A DNA stretch of 64,000 nucleotides from Nemertoderma westbladi (GCA_032718475.1 JAUCBJ010009156.1:25493-89492); one strand, 5' to 3'; positions 1 to 12,030 are shown, counted from the stretch's first letter. A program made the numbers and translations. The notes: generated by a model from the sequence alone, not told the origin.

Positions 1-2
1 TA

Positions 3-3000
3 GCGGCGAAAGGGGGGGGGGCAGAGAGTGTCCCACAGCCGTCAGCGGATAATGCGCGGGCCGAAATAGGTAAACCGCAACAACCGGCGACGGAAAGTAA
101 TAGGGGGATTGCGAGTATCCCCAGCGGCGTGCGACCCAGCAGACCATACTGAGCCATAGGCCATACTGAGAGAGGCAATGTAGGCGATGGGATAGCGTGG
201 ACAACGGGATTAAACCCGGAAGTCGCGGAATACATACCGGCGGGTAGGCCAGAAGCTGATAGGCCTATACCGGTACCAGTACAGCAGTATGACTACAGCA
301 TGCAGGGACATAACATATACCCAGGGGAGGGGGGAATTATTGCGGATAGGTGCATGGGCCCCAACATATTAACATCAACCCCAGTACCAAACATACCGGT
401 GGGGGGGGGACAGGGTGACATTCCCCCATCACAATATCAACAATATAACCCGATAGGAGCAAGAACAACGAGACCCTTGGATGAGAATAGGTCGTGTGAC
501 ACAGAAATATGGAGGGGGCCGCTACCCCCGATGACATACCCAAGTCAGAGAAGATCGAGAAATAGGACGGACGAACCGCACCAGACAGGAGAAACTATAC
601 AGCACCCGTCGAATCCATTGGAAGCGCAGGCGATGGGGATGGCCATGTTGATCGATGCGTTGAAAACGAGGATCGAGCTACCACCCGTGGAACCATTCAA
701 ATTCGATGGGAGCAGGCCGGAAGAATATCTACAGTTTCGGCGCATGTATAGTAACGAAATACTAACAAAAAACTTGACGCAGGCGGAGTGCCTAAAGTAT
801 CTGCAAGTGTACACGGGAGGCCCAGCATACGATATCGTGAGGCAATATCAAGGAATAGAGGGCGGCTTCACGACAGCATGGCGGGCACTGGATAGGGAAT
901 ACGGGCACCCGGCCAAGATCATCAGGCAGACGCTGAGAGGCATAACATCGGGTGGCCTACAGGATAATCCCGTTAGCATTAAGACGTTCGCTCACAAAGT
1001 CGAAAAGGCGCTAATCGTGCTGAAGACGCTAGACGCGCCGTACGAGCTCAATGCGTCCAACAACATCACCACGATAGCGCAGGCACTACCAAACTGGCTG
1101 CGCAACAAGTGGAGGAAAATCGCCTTCTCCACTCGAGATAAGAAGGGCGCGGAACCGGGTTTAGAAGAAATGTCAAACTTCTTAAACTACGAGGCTGAAC
1201 TAATAACTGACCCAGTCTATAGTGAAGATAGCCTGGGAAAGGGACCGAAGACAGACTACCATAAACCGAAACCAGAGCACAACACATCAAACGCATTACC
1301 GAGACTTAGGCAATCACTGCCATATGCAGCGACGCAGGGGACTGCAAGTCCACAGCTAGCCGAGGATAAGACAACACCATGGAACAGACAGGGAAACAAT
1401 AACAACATGAATAAACATAACCCCAGTACGTCCAGTAGGCTAAATCCAAACAATAAGAATAGTAGGGACTTTGGTACAAACGCAACTGTGATACGCAATG
1501 CACTGTATAAAGAGGGCTACGACCCAAAGAGCAAATGCCAGCTACACGCAAATGCGCTTCATCAAACCATGAACTGCAGGTACTGGCAGGCGCTACCTAG
1601 GCAAGATCAGATAGATTATGCGTTCAGCAATAAAATCTGCTCACGATGTGTAATGAGTGGACATAGAGCAAGGGAGTGCAAGGAGAAGCCAATAAAATTT
1701 GGTCAAAGGAGAGGCCAAACGATGGCGACGAGCACAGTAGGGGCGAAGAAGAGGGGAACGGTGTTACTTGGAGTAGTACCAGTGCGAGTGATCGGGGAAG
1801 GCAATCGATCAGTAACAACACTAATGCTGGTTGATAGTGGAGCTGCCTTCACATTAGTCGAGGAATGGGTGGCCGAGGAGATAGGATTGAGAACGAGGCC
1901 AAGCAGGATGGCGGTAACAACCATCTCTAGCAAAGATTAGATCCTGGAGATGAGAACAGGACGGTGCGCAATTGCAGCAGTGGCACCAGGATGCGACTAT
2001 GGGGCAACCATCGACCCCATCCAAGTGATAGAGTCAATTAATATTAATGCCAGGCGACCAACCAACATCGAGGTCGAGCAGTATAAATTCCTGGACGACA
2101 TTGACTTCTCAATCCCAGACGTGGACGTTAGGAAGGTGTCCATCATAGTAGGCATGGACTGCCCAACGGCCCATGAAAGAATGCAAACGGTCTTCGGCGA
2201 AGACAAGCAGAGTGACCCGGTGGCCATATTAACACCATTCGGGTGGACGCTGAGTGGTCCAATTAAGAGCAAGATACCATTTAGGATGTCGGAGACATCA
2301 GGATGCATGTTCGCGGGAACAATGCAGGAAATGGGTGACGAGGGAGCAGAGGAGCAGCTTAAAAGACTGCTCAGACAGGATTTCGAGGGACTGAAAGAAA
2401 CCGGAGTCGGGACCTCAGTAGAAGACAAGCAGGCTTTACAAAGCGTGGAGGAATCGATGACATGCGATGAGGGGCGGTATACTATAGGAATGGTATGGAA
2501 ACTACCGAAGATACCGCTGCCCGACAATAGGGGGATGGTACTCACGAGACTCCGCAAGCTGAAACAAACACTAAAACGGAGCCCCGAGAAGAATGAGTAC
2601 ATCCACAGAACGATTAAGAAGTACGTCGAGAAAGGATGGGCCGTGGAGTTACCGGTCGACGAGCCGAACACGGACAGGACATATTACCTGCCACTACACG
2701 TGGCTTTAGATCCAAAAAAAGGTAAACTACGGATGGTAGTCGACGCATCGGCAAAGACCGACGGAAAGTGCTTAAACGACTACCTGTTAGAAGGCCCAAA
2801 CATATACAATTCGGGCATAGAGGTGTGACTTAGATTTAGAAATGGGAAACACGCCTTCACGTGTGACATAGAAGGCATGTTCAACCAAGTCCGTGTAACG
2901 GAAGAAGATAGCGACAGTCAACACTTCTTATGGTATAACGGCGAGGAAGAACCGTCGATAATACCGGCATATAAGATGGTAGTACAAAACATGGGGGCCA

Positions 3001-5741
3001 AGTCGTCTTCATTTACGACGACTATGGCAGTGAGAGACACAGTGAAGGGGAAGGAAGATAGATACAGCAGTAGGGCCGTCGATATGATTCGACGCGGCTT
3101 CTACGTAGACGACGGAATGGAGTCTGGAAATACGGTTAAGGAGATACTGGACACAGGGCGCGAGGTTCGCGACATCCTAAAAGGATCCGGCTTTAACCTG
3201 ACCAAATTCCAATCCAGTTCGGAAGAATTTATTAAGGCGATAGAGGACAGGAGACCAGAATCGACCATGGACAATCCCACAACAGCCAAAGGGCAGGACA
3301 TGGCGATTAAGAGAACAGAATCTCAACAGAAGGCATTGGGAATCGTGTGGGATAGAGAGACAGATGAACTGAAGTATCAGCTGAGCCAGGAGGGCGCAGA
3401 CATCCATACGAAGAGGGGCTATGTATCGTATATAGCAAGGATATACGATCCCCTAGGCCTAGCATCCCCATTATTAGTCACGGGAAAACAGATACTCAAG
3501 AGAGTATACAAATTGAAAGATGAGTGAGACGTAGAGGTACCAGAGGAAATCAAGAAACAGTGGAGCAAGTGGACAGGAGACTTGGAAAAGATGGGAACAT
3601 ACAACATTCCACGGGTGTATTTCCCGGATGGGAACATGACGAATCTGGACCTACACATGTTCTCCGACGCGTCGTTGGAAGCGTACGGAGCGGCACTCTA
3701 CTTAGTACAACGAGCGGGGGCTCATAAGCCAAGACTAGCCTTTAGCAAAGCAAAGTCAACGCCACCAGATTCAGCATCAGTTCCTAAGTTAGAATTGACA
3801 GCCGCAAGACTAGGAGTAAGAGCCACAGCCTACCTAGTGGATACTATTCCCAACATAGTAGAGACACACTACTGGACGGACTCCATGGTAGTGCTTGGTT
3901 GGCTACACAACGAAAGAACGAGATACCCGATATTCGTCGCGAATAGAGTGGACGAAATAAGGGCGAGTACAGAACTGGAAAGGTGGCACTACTGCCCAAC
4001 AGACGATAACCCAGCGGACTTGTTGTCGAGGGGCGTGGTACGCCACACTTTCTTGAAGAAGGAAGTATTGTGGCAACATGGGCCACAATTTCTGAGCGAT
4101 AAGGAAGCCTGGCCGCCGATGAGGAAGGTGGACCCGGGCTCGGAAGTAGTATCAGAAGGAGAAGAGGGAGATTCAGAGGGAGAAGAGATATACTCCCAGA
4201 TGGTGAGGGAGATTAGGGACGTGCAACCAGGATGGGAACTGTGCGATAACCCGACGGATAAACTCCTCAGCTACAGTTCTAGTTGGTATAAGACCAAGAA
4301 ACTAGTGGCGTACTGGAGAGCCTTCGGGAATTTCCTTGCGGGAGTTGGCAAGGACAAGAAGATCAGGACAACCATAGATCTGGAAGGAGCGGCCAAGGCA
4401 GTGATCCGCTATGAACAACGGAAGAACTATGGCGACGAGGTGGAATGCGTCGGTAACCAACAGCTCCTCCGACGGGACAGTGAGCTGATTACGCTGTCGC
4501 CACAACTCAATGACGACGGGATTCTAGTAATGAATTCTAGGGTGGGATACAACAACAGCATAGTCGTACCACCGAAACCCATCATCATTCCTACAGAATC
4601 GCCAATAGTCCACCAGATTATATGGGACTCCCACAAATCGATATTGCATGGGGGCACCAACCGAACCCTCACAGAAATAAGGAGGACCTATTGGGTCAAA
4701 CAATTAAGGAAGAAGGTAAAAGCGGTAGTGGGGCAGTGCCAGACCTGCCGACGAGCGAAGAAGGAGCGAGCCATACAGGAGATGGCGCCACTACCGGCGA
4801 GTAGGGTAAGACAGCACGACCCGCCATTTACGCATTGCGGTGTGGACATGTTCAGGCCGATAAAGATCAAAGTGATGCGACACACGGAGAAACGCTACGG
4901 CATTATCTTCGTATGCAACAATACACGGGCGGTAGGGATAGAACTCGCCCAAGATGCAACCGCATCAGCGTTCATTAACGCCTTAGAAAGGTTTAGGGAC
5001 CGCAAAGGTGGGACGATCGCAGTGATATACAGCAACAACGGCACCAACTTTGTGGGCGCAGAGAGTGAGATGGCAGAGGCCTTGGACATCTTGGAGGGGG
5101 AAGAAGTCAGGGCAGCCATGAGGCGACGACAAGTAAAGTGGGAGAGAAGGACGCCGTATGCACCACATACACTAGGGTGCGTCGAGAGACTGGTGGGCAG
5201 TTCAAAGCGTCTAATGACGAAGCTAATGAACACCCACATGGTCACAGAGGACGTCTTACGGACAGTACTTGCGAAGTGCGAGGGGATTATTAATAGCAGA
5301 CCGCTATATCCGGAGAATGATGACCCTGAGTCATTAGACGTGCTGACGCCTAGCCATTTTCTGATGGAAAGGCCAGCGACCATCGATATGCGGGGTGTAG
5401 ACCCAGATGACATACACTCCCGCCAAAGTTGGAAAGTCGCTAAAGCAATAAGCGCAGAGTATTGGAGGAGGTGGGTCGAGGAATACCTACCCACACTCCA
5501 TAAACGAAGCAAGTGGAGGAAGTCAAACAGGGAGTTAAGAGAGGGAGATCTCGTAATCGTTACGGATGATACTATCATCAACAACCAATGGCGGTTGGCG
5601 AGAGTTGTAGGCACCTACTCCGATGAGGACGGAAGAGTCCGATCGGTAGAAGTGCGGATAGGTGGAAAGATAGGTGTGAAGGACAGAAAAACCTACAGGA
5701 GAGCTGTAGGCAAATGCTGTCTGTTAGAAGGCGCACCTTAG
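3..5741 (+). pseudogene. BEL/Pao gag-pol polyprotein, disrupted by in-frame stops
   Basis: ORFs 300, 1950, 2877 and 3582 share one frame, broken by TGA 150-152, TAG 1938-1940, TGA 2826-2828 and TGA 3525-3527. Motifs seen: gag FDG..EY..F and CSRC..GH..EC knuckle, protease LVDSGA, RT LRFR..CDIEGMFNQV and FYVDD, YDPLG, RNase H FSDAS..AYGA / PKLEL / WTDS / NPAD, integrase H..H..CQTC, GVDMF, YSNNGTNF, VERL, and a C-terminal W..W..EYLP domain. Confidence 0.92.
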
Positions 5742-5867
5742 TAGAGTTAGAGAAAAGTTTAGTCGTCCAAGTTTTGGACTGAGGGGGGTGGGATTGAGGG
5801 CGAGACGCCCTTCCCACGCAAAAAAATAAAATAAAATAAAATAATAGTACATGGTAGGTACGCAGTT

Positions 5868-6765
5868 AGTAGGCAGGAGTTAGTTAAGAGGTACGTAGTA
5901 CCTAGTTAGTCAGTTAGTTAGAAGGTACGTAGTACCGCCAGTTAGAGAGTTAGAAGGTACGTAGTACCGCTAGTTAGTTAGAGTTAGAGGGTACGTAGTA
6001 CCGCTAGTTAGTTAGAGAGTTAGAAGGTACGTAGTACCGATAGTTAATTAGAGAGTTAGAAGGTACGTAGTACCGATAGTTAGTTAGAGAGTTAGAGGGT
6101 ACGTAGTACCGCTAGTTAGTTAGAGTTAGAGGGTACGTAGCACCGCTAGTTAGTTAGAGAGTTAGAGGGTACTTAGTACCGCTAGTTAGTTAGAGTTAGA
6201 GGGTACGTAGTACCGCTAGTTAGTTAGAGAGTTAGAGGGTACGTAGTACCGCTAGTTAGTTAGAGTTAGAGGGTACGTAGTACCGCTAGTTAGTTAGAGA
6301 GTTAGAGGGTACGTAGTACCGCTAGTTAGTTAGAGTTAGAGGGTACGTAAGTACCGCTAGTTAGTTAGAGAGTTAGAAGGTACGTAGTACCACTAGTTAG
6401 TTAGAGAGTTAGAGGGTAGGTAGTACCGCTAGTTAGTTAGAGTTAGAGGGTACGTAAGTACCGCTAGTTAGTTAGAGAGTTAGAAGGTACGTAGTACCGC
6501 TAGTTAGTTAGAGTTAGAGGGTACGTAGTACCGCTAGTTAGTTAGAGAGTTAGAAGGTACGTAGTACCGATAGTTAGTTAGAGAGTTAGAAGGTACGTAG
6601 TACCGATAGTTAGTTAGAGAGTTAGAGGGTACGTAAGTACCGCTAGTTAGTTAGAGAGTTAGAGGGTACGTAAGTACGCTAGTTAGTTAGAGAGTTAGAG
6701 GGTACGTAAGTACCGTTAGTTAGTTAGAATTAGAGTTAGAGGGTACGTAGTACCGTTAGTTAGAA
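5868..6765 (+). repeat. Minisatellite of ~30-33 bp units (GGTACGTAGTACCGCTAGTTAGTTAGAGAGTTAGA), ~27 copies, inside the retrotransposon
   Basis: Directly visible tandem array between the pol stop and the extra ORF. Confidence 0.95.
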
Positions 6766-7257
6766 GAGAGAGAGTAAGAGGTAAAAGGGGATATAGATAT
6801 AGATATTAGTTAGCAGTTAGTAGAGAGAGGGGGGCATATGAGTACAGCTGGGTAAATCGTGTGGCCACACGACGCATACTGCTGTACTGCATAGGCCAGA
6901 ATACAGAGTAGGCCAGAATGTGGATTAGAGAATAGAATAATCCATAGGCAATAGTAAGTAGTAGGACAGTAGAATCAAAGTTAAAATAGATAAATAAATA
7001 GAATAGGGCTGAAAGTTACAAAATAATGGCAACACAAGGAAAGTTATTCTAGAACATAATAAAAGTAACGGACAGAAATTGTAAATTACGCCCATTTACT
7101 AGCTTCAAAATTAATTAGTGATAATTTAGGTTAAAAAGGCGCAGTTAAGTAGGAAATAGGCCATTATCGAACCGTACAGAACATCTTAGATACATCACTC
7201 ATCTGTATTGCGCCTTGGTAAGGCACCACCTTGCAGGTGAGCGAGTGAACGTTCGGA

Positions 7258-9618
7258 ATGGCGAGTAAGTTGATCAGGAAGAGAAAGGCGAAGTCAGGAG
7301 GAAAGGAGATACTGGTGGATTTCACCGAGAGGCATCCGGAAGAGAAGACGAGAGGATACTACGAGAGGTTGGAAAGGGGTCACGCGGCGCGAGCGCTGCA
7401 GGATCACTTCAGGGAGATGCACGAACAGCGGCTGGTCGGGACCTACGGGACGCCGTCGCTGGACAACGCGATCTTCCAACACTTCCACTACGTAGTGAAA
7501 GGGGACGAGGCGAAGTTCGGGATTCCGAAGTACCCGAGGGAATCACCGAGGAAGGACTGGAAGAGATTCATAGAGTCCGTCAACAGAGGAGGATATATGA
7601 TCCTAGACGACGAGGGAACCGTGGAAGACGAGGCGGGTTCGAGACGAGGAACGGCGGGGTCGGCCAGGACCATACTCCTACATTTGGCCGCGCCAAATGG
7701 GGACATCTTCTTATTCGATCTAGGAACGTATGGGAAGAAGGACAGGCCGAAATTAAACCGGTTACCGAAAGCGGTACAAGTCTTAGTAAGAGAGAAGTCG
7801 ACGATGAAAGTGGGATCGGCGATTCGCGAGGACGCGGAGAGGATCATCGGTCCGGACGCCGCCAACCTCCTGGATATGCAGAAAGTCTTTATGGCTATGA
7901 CGGCACCGGATGGGTTGGGGGTAGTCGAAAACACAGGCCAATGCGGGGCGGTGGCGATGGGCCAATTATTGGGGCTCGTATGCCACAAACCGATGGACTG
8001 GGGGAAGTTTAGGGAAGAATACGGAGCAGAACTAGCGAACTCGCTAAAGTGGGGAGCGAGACCGGGAAAGCAGGAGGTATATCAGTTCCGCAGGGGAGCG
8101 ATAAAGGTATATCAGAAGCGATATATCCTGCAGGAGGACTGGATGATGATAAGTTTGCTTAACTTATTCATGACCGTGGTTATCGAGAGGGAACCAGGGG
8201 CATTTCTGTTATCGGGATCACCCCTAAGCTACCGGAGAGCCTTTAAGACGGCCTTTGACGGTCTGGTAGACCACCCGGGGCTGAAGGGCGAGTCGGTGTA
8301 CTACAACAGCCGGCATCTGGTAGACGGGGAGACAGATACACCGTATCAGAGATGGGAGCAGCTAGAGACGGATAGACGAGAAGCAAAGCGACTGGAGGAA
8401 GTCGCTAGACGGGAGAGGATAGAAGCAGAGGAGAGGGAAGAGGAGGCCAGGACACAGAGTTACGGCTTCGAGGAACAGGCAGGCCTAGACGAACTTCATT
8501 GGACTTCATCAGGGAGTTCGGGGGAGTCTCTAGGGCGAGAATTGGGATGGACGGTGGGATCGCCGAAACAGTCGACGTCGGGGTTGCAAACGATGCCCAT
8601 ACCAGCGGGCGCCGAGGGCGACCAACCGCCAAGGAAGTTAAGGGAGCTAGAGGGATGGAGAGCTACGGGCGAGAGCCAAGGCGGGAAGGGACATAGTGGA
8701 TCCATCGGGATACCGGGGTTGGAGACACTGCCAGAAGAGGAGGACGACGACGACGAGTTCGGAGAGATGCCGCCCATCGAGAGGATAGGCCACTCGGACA
8801 CGGACTGGGTTGGCGGAAGGGTGGTGACGGCCAGTGGGGCGAGGGCCTTCTGGAACAGATCCGGCAAGCGGACCTGGGTGCACGAGGAGCCGGCGATGGA
8901 TTTCGCGGGGAGCACCATCAGGTTGGGCGAGCAACCGGGGACGGCACCACGGGTAGTATTCGGGGAGACGATGCCCGAGAGGGGCGGAGAGATCGACGTA
9001 GATAGAGAGACCAACGTAGAGAAGTTCGCCTACCAGCGACTCCACAGACCGCGGAGATCGCTTGGGACGAAAGACGAGGTGGGACGGGAGACATTGGTAC
9101 TCGGCTGCGACTACTGTGGGAGACAGACCCATCGGGAAAGGAGCTGCCTATACCGGTTCCAAAAGGGAACCTTTTGTCTCTACTGCCGAGAACCAAGCCA
9201 CAGGATGGGGGCGTGTCCACGGTTGCATAATCGATGTACAAAGTGCCACTTTCGGGGACACTACGGACGCGAGTGCGACTGGATGAACGACGAGGAGAAG
9301 TTCACAAGATTCGAGGAGTGGGCCGACGTCGGGGCCATGACGCGCCAGCGCATGAAGGCCCAGGAGTTCAAGTGGGGTTTCTTCCTTATCAATCAGGAGA
9401 CTCACATGGAGATCATAAAGCGGAGGCTACCGTTTACCTACCAAGAGGTAGCAACGGCGGCGTCGTACGCCGGAGTGATGAACACGCAAAGGTATTTGGA
9501 CAGGTGGACGCCAGAGAACCGAAGGGAGTTTAGGGATTTCTTGGCGGAGCACGTACCACAAGGCAATGAAAATGATCCTATGGGACGCCACCAGAGGGAG
9601 ACAACCGGGCCACTCTGA
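7258..9618 (+). CDS. Retrotransposon accessory ORF (786 aa): DEDDy-like 3'-5' exonuclease domain, acidic/low-complexity linker, three CCHC zinc knuckles
   Basis: ExoI-like ILDDEG, ExoII-like KVGSAIRED, LLDMQ, ExoIII-like QKRYILQED. CDYCGRQTHRERSC, CLYCREPSHRMGAC and CTKCHFRGHYGREC all fit CX2CX4HX4C. Same strand and purine-rich composition as gag-pol. Confidence 0.75.
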   Translation: MASKLIRKRKAKSGGKEILVDFTERHPEEKTRGYYERLERGHAARALQDHFREMHEQRLVGTYGTPSLDNAIFQHFHYVVKGDEAKFGIPKYPRESPRKDWKRFIESVNRGGYMILDDEGTVEDEAGSRRGTAGSARTILLHLAAPNGDIFLFDLGTYGKKDRPKLNRLPKAVQVLVREKSTMKVGSAIREDAERIIGPDAANLLDMQKVFMAMTAPDGLGVVENTGQCGAVAMGQLLGLVCHKPMDWGKFREEYGAELANSLKWGARPGKQEVYQFRRGAIKVYQKRYILQEDWMMISLLNLFMTVVIEREPGAFLLSGSPLSYRRAFKTAFDGLVDHPGLKGESVYYNSRHLVDGETDTPYQRWEQLETDRREAKRLEEVARRERIEAEEREEEARTQSYGFEEQAGLDELHWTSSGSSGESLGRELGWTVGSPKQSTSGLQTMPIPAGAEGDQPPRKLRELEGWRATGESQGGKGHSGSIGIPGLETLPEEEDDDDEFGEMPPIERIGHSDTDWVGGRVVTASGARAFWNRSGKRTWVHEEPAMDFAGSTIRLGEQPGTAPRVVFGETMPERGGEIDVDRETNVEKFAYQRLHRPRRSLGTKDEVGRETLVLGCDYCGRQTHRERSCLYRFQKGTFCLYCREPSHRMGACPRLHNRCTKCHFRGHYGRECDWMNDEEKFTRFEEWADVGAMTRQRMKAQEFKWGFFLINQETHMEIIKRRLPFTYQEVATAASYAGVMNTQRYLDRWTPENRREFRDFLAEHVPQGNENDPMGRHQRETTGPL

Positions 9619-10517
9619 GGGGCCACCGGCGAAGCGATATCGGGCACTAATAACACCAGCGCCCAAGGAGCCAACGACCGGGATCAGCAAGGAGGTGGCG
9701 GCGAAGGTCCGAAAGCAGAAAGCGGATCCCAGAGGAACGGTGGTAACCAAGAAACGACCCAGGGAAGAGGACGCCAGGGGGAACTATCCCCAGAGGAACA
9801 GATAGGTTCCCAGAGCCGAGGGAGAGAGACTGAGACTTGGACGTGGTGCGCCTGGAAGGCGCCGCGTGGGACGTACGAACTATTAAGTACAAATTTAATT
9901 AATGCAAATAATCATATAAGTGCAATTTGTATGTACGTACGTAGTAATTAGTAATCTACGAATATATACGCTCGAGTAAGTACTATAGTCATACAACCTT
10001 TCTCAATTAGCTACTGGGACTGGGGGATAACTGACTATGGCACTATGGACGAGACACCAGACAATTTCACACTTCTTGAGTGCGACGGCACAAGAGGGGG
10101 GGGGGGAGATTCGTCAGAAGGGATGAGGTAGTCAGAGTAGGGTTGAGGGACAGAGTAGTAGGTGCGAAGTGCGGAGAGAGTGCGGACGCAATTCTAGTGT
10201 GGGGGGGGAGAATAAGAGGCTGAGTGAGGGACGAGGAGGTCCGAGTGTATGAGAGAGTTAGGATGAGAGTGAAGAAGAGATAGGGCGGAAGTGTTGGGGA
10301 AACAAAAGTTGCGTGAGAGGTGAGCGCGATCGGCCCGACATGAGACGCCAGGCACACAGGGTAGCGTTATCATACCCATAGGGAGCGGCCTGGAAAGCCG
10401 GCTCCGAGAGAAAAGAATTCCACCCCACACCCGATACTAGATCGGGATCCAGCGGGATTGTAGCGCACTTTTTTGGTTGATGCTATCTTCTTACCGGGAA
10501 GATAGCATGGGGGGGAG

Positions 10518-11028
10518 TGTTAGCTTATTCAATCCCGCTAACACCCCATAAAGTTATAAGCCGATAAGCAATATTGGGAGCCACGAGATTGGGTAATTAA
10601 CCAACTCGTGCCATCCCAATAAGAATGGGAAGGAGAAGCACACAATGAGGGTCAGGGGCCAAACCCCTAACCCAGAGAGAATAGGTGGAGTGAACGGGAA
10701 CACTCCAAAGGGCGCCAACAAGGGTATCAACCAATCAGAGGGGGGAAAGGCATCGATTAGGTAGAGTAACAAGGCCAACCGTGCAATATAGCCACTTGGC
10801 AGTAATCATACCAATTCAGTTATCTCAGTGCAATACCGGTGCTAGATTAGGTTACATAGTTTAGCTAGGGAAGGACCGGGACTTTAGTTACCGTATCCCG
10901 CCTTCCGTATACGACAATATTATCTCATATCTATATCTATATCTATATCTGCATATCCAAATATTATATACGACAAACAGCACAAACTCATTCACTCCTT
11001 ATACACGGCGGGGACGCGTGAACTAACA
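10518..11028 (+). repeat. Long terminal repeat (~511 bp)
   Basis: Starts TGTTAG directly after the PPT and ends CTAACA (6-bp inverted termini). The partner LTR is not in the window, so the right boundary is inferred. Confidence 0.7.
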
Positions 11029-11146
11029 ACGGATAAACCGGGATCCCTCTTGGATCCCGTCACAGTAACTAAATCGAGCTGCTGCCCTAGTTAAACTGTA
11101 ACAACTGCTGCCCTAGCTAGCTGAACTCCACCGATCACCAACCGAG

Positions 11147-12030
11147 ATGAGTCAGTCGGGAGAGATAACACCGACGCGGACCCCGGACGAAGAGCTAACG
11201 ATCCGCGAGGCCGCAACCAGGCGATATAGGCCCACGACGCCGGACCCATCGGTAACGGGTCATCCGGCAGTTCAGGACGAGGGGGGCCTGGAACCCGAGG
11301 TCGAGCCGAGAGGAAGAGAGAGCGAGACGGAGGGAGACGGAGACGAGTCGACACAAGGCGGGGGTCGACGCACCGGTGTCGCCGGCCAGCCACAGGCCGA
11401 GGGCGACGAACGGGCCACCGAAACGGCGACGGTGGGGCCGACGGTGCGGCCCCGGACGCAGAGAGACGAAGGAGATATCGGTACCGATGTCGCCGGCCAG
11501 CCACAGGCCGAGGGCGACGGACGGCCCGCCGGAACGGCGACGGTGGGGCCGCCGGTACGACGTCGGACCCGGAGAGACGGAAGAGAGATCGGCGACGAGG
11601 ACGTCGGGGTTTCTGATCGACTTCGACGGGCCTACAACGCGACCCAGAGACTACTAAAGGACGCTAAGAAGGAAGGGGCGAAGATAGACGAGGTGAGACT
11701 GAGGAAACGACTAGGTGAGTCGGATAGACACTTTAATTACCTAATGCGTTTTGGGCAGAGAGAACTAGCCGAGGAGAGAGCGAAAGGGATTGCCAGTGAA
11801 CTGTTCGAACTATGGGAATGTGGGAGTATGGAACCTAGCGTAGCGTCAGTGTACATAGGGCCATACTTGGTCGATGCCCGGGGAGTAAAATTAGTGGGTT
11901 GGAGGGGACCAGAAGGGGGCGAATCCGAGGTTAACCCCGAGGATTCGGCCTCATCGGTCGGAGAAAGTTCCGGGAAGCGGGGGAAAGTTAGTAGGTCGGG
12001 AAGGCGGAGGGAGTCCATCGAAACCCTAAT
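11147..12030 (+). pseudogene. Probable truncated gag N-terminus of a second element copy downstream of the LTR
   Basis: 304-aa ORF starting ~120 bp after the LTR with the same purine-rich composition, a PEDSASSV motif resembling BEL gag N-termini, and an internal ~111-bp duplication. It runs abruptly into AT-rich unrelated sequence at ~12025. Confidence 0.55.

Larger units (their letters stand above)
1..11028 (+). mobile_element. BEL/Pao LTR retrotransposon (5' end outside window): gag-pol, internal minisatellite, extra ORF, PPT and 3' LTR
   Basis: Domain order gag-PR-RT-RH-IN with BEL-type motifs in one frame. Polypurine tract GGGGGGGAG (10509-10517) is followed directly by TGTTAG...CTAACA. 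Confidence 0.9.

Noticed and set aside
1938-3527. Programmed stop-codon readthrough or a variant genetic code in gag-pol
   Set aside because: The stops fall inside conserved domains at residues expected to differ (L in LLRFR, W in WD), and host genes terminate normally at TGA/TAG/TAA. Decay explains them better.
7258-9618. env gene
   Set aside because: No signal peptide, fusion-protein cysteine pattern or C-terminal TM anchor. The motifs point to a nuclease and zinc knuckles.
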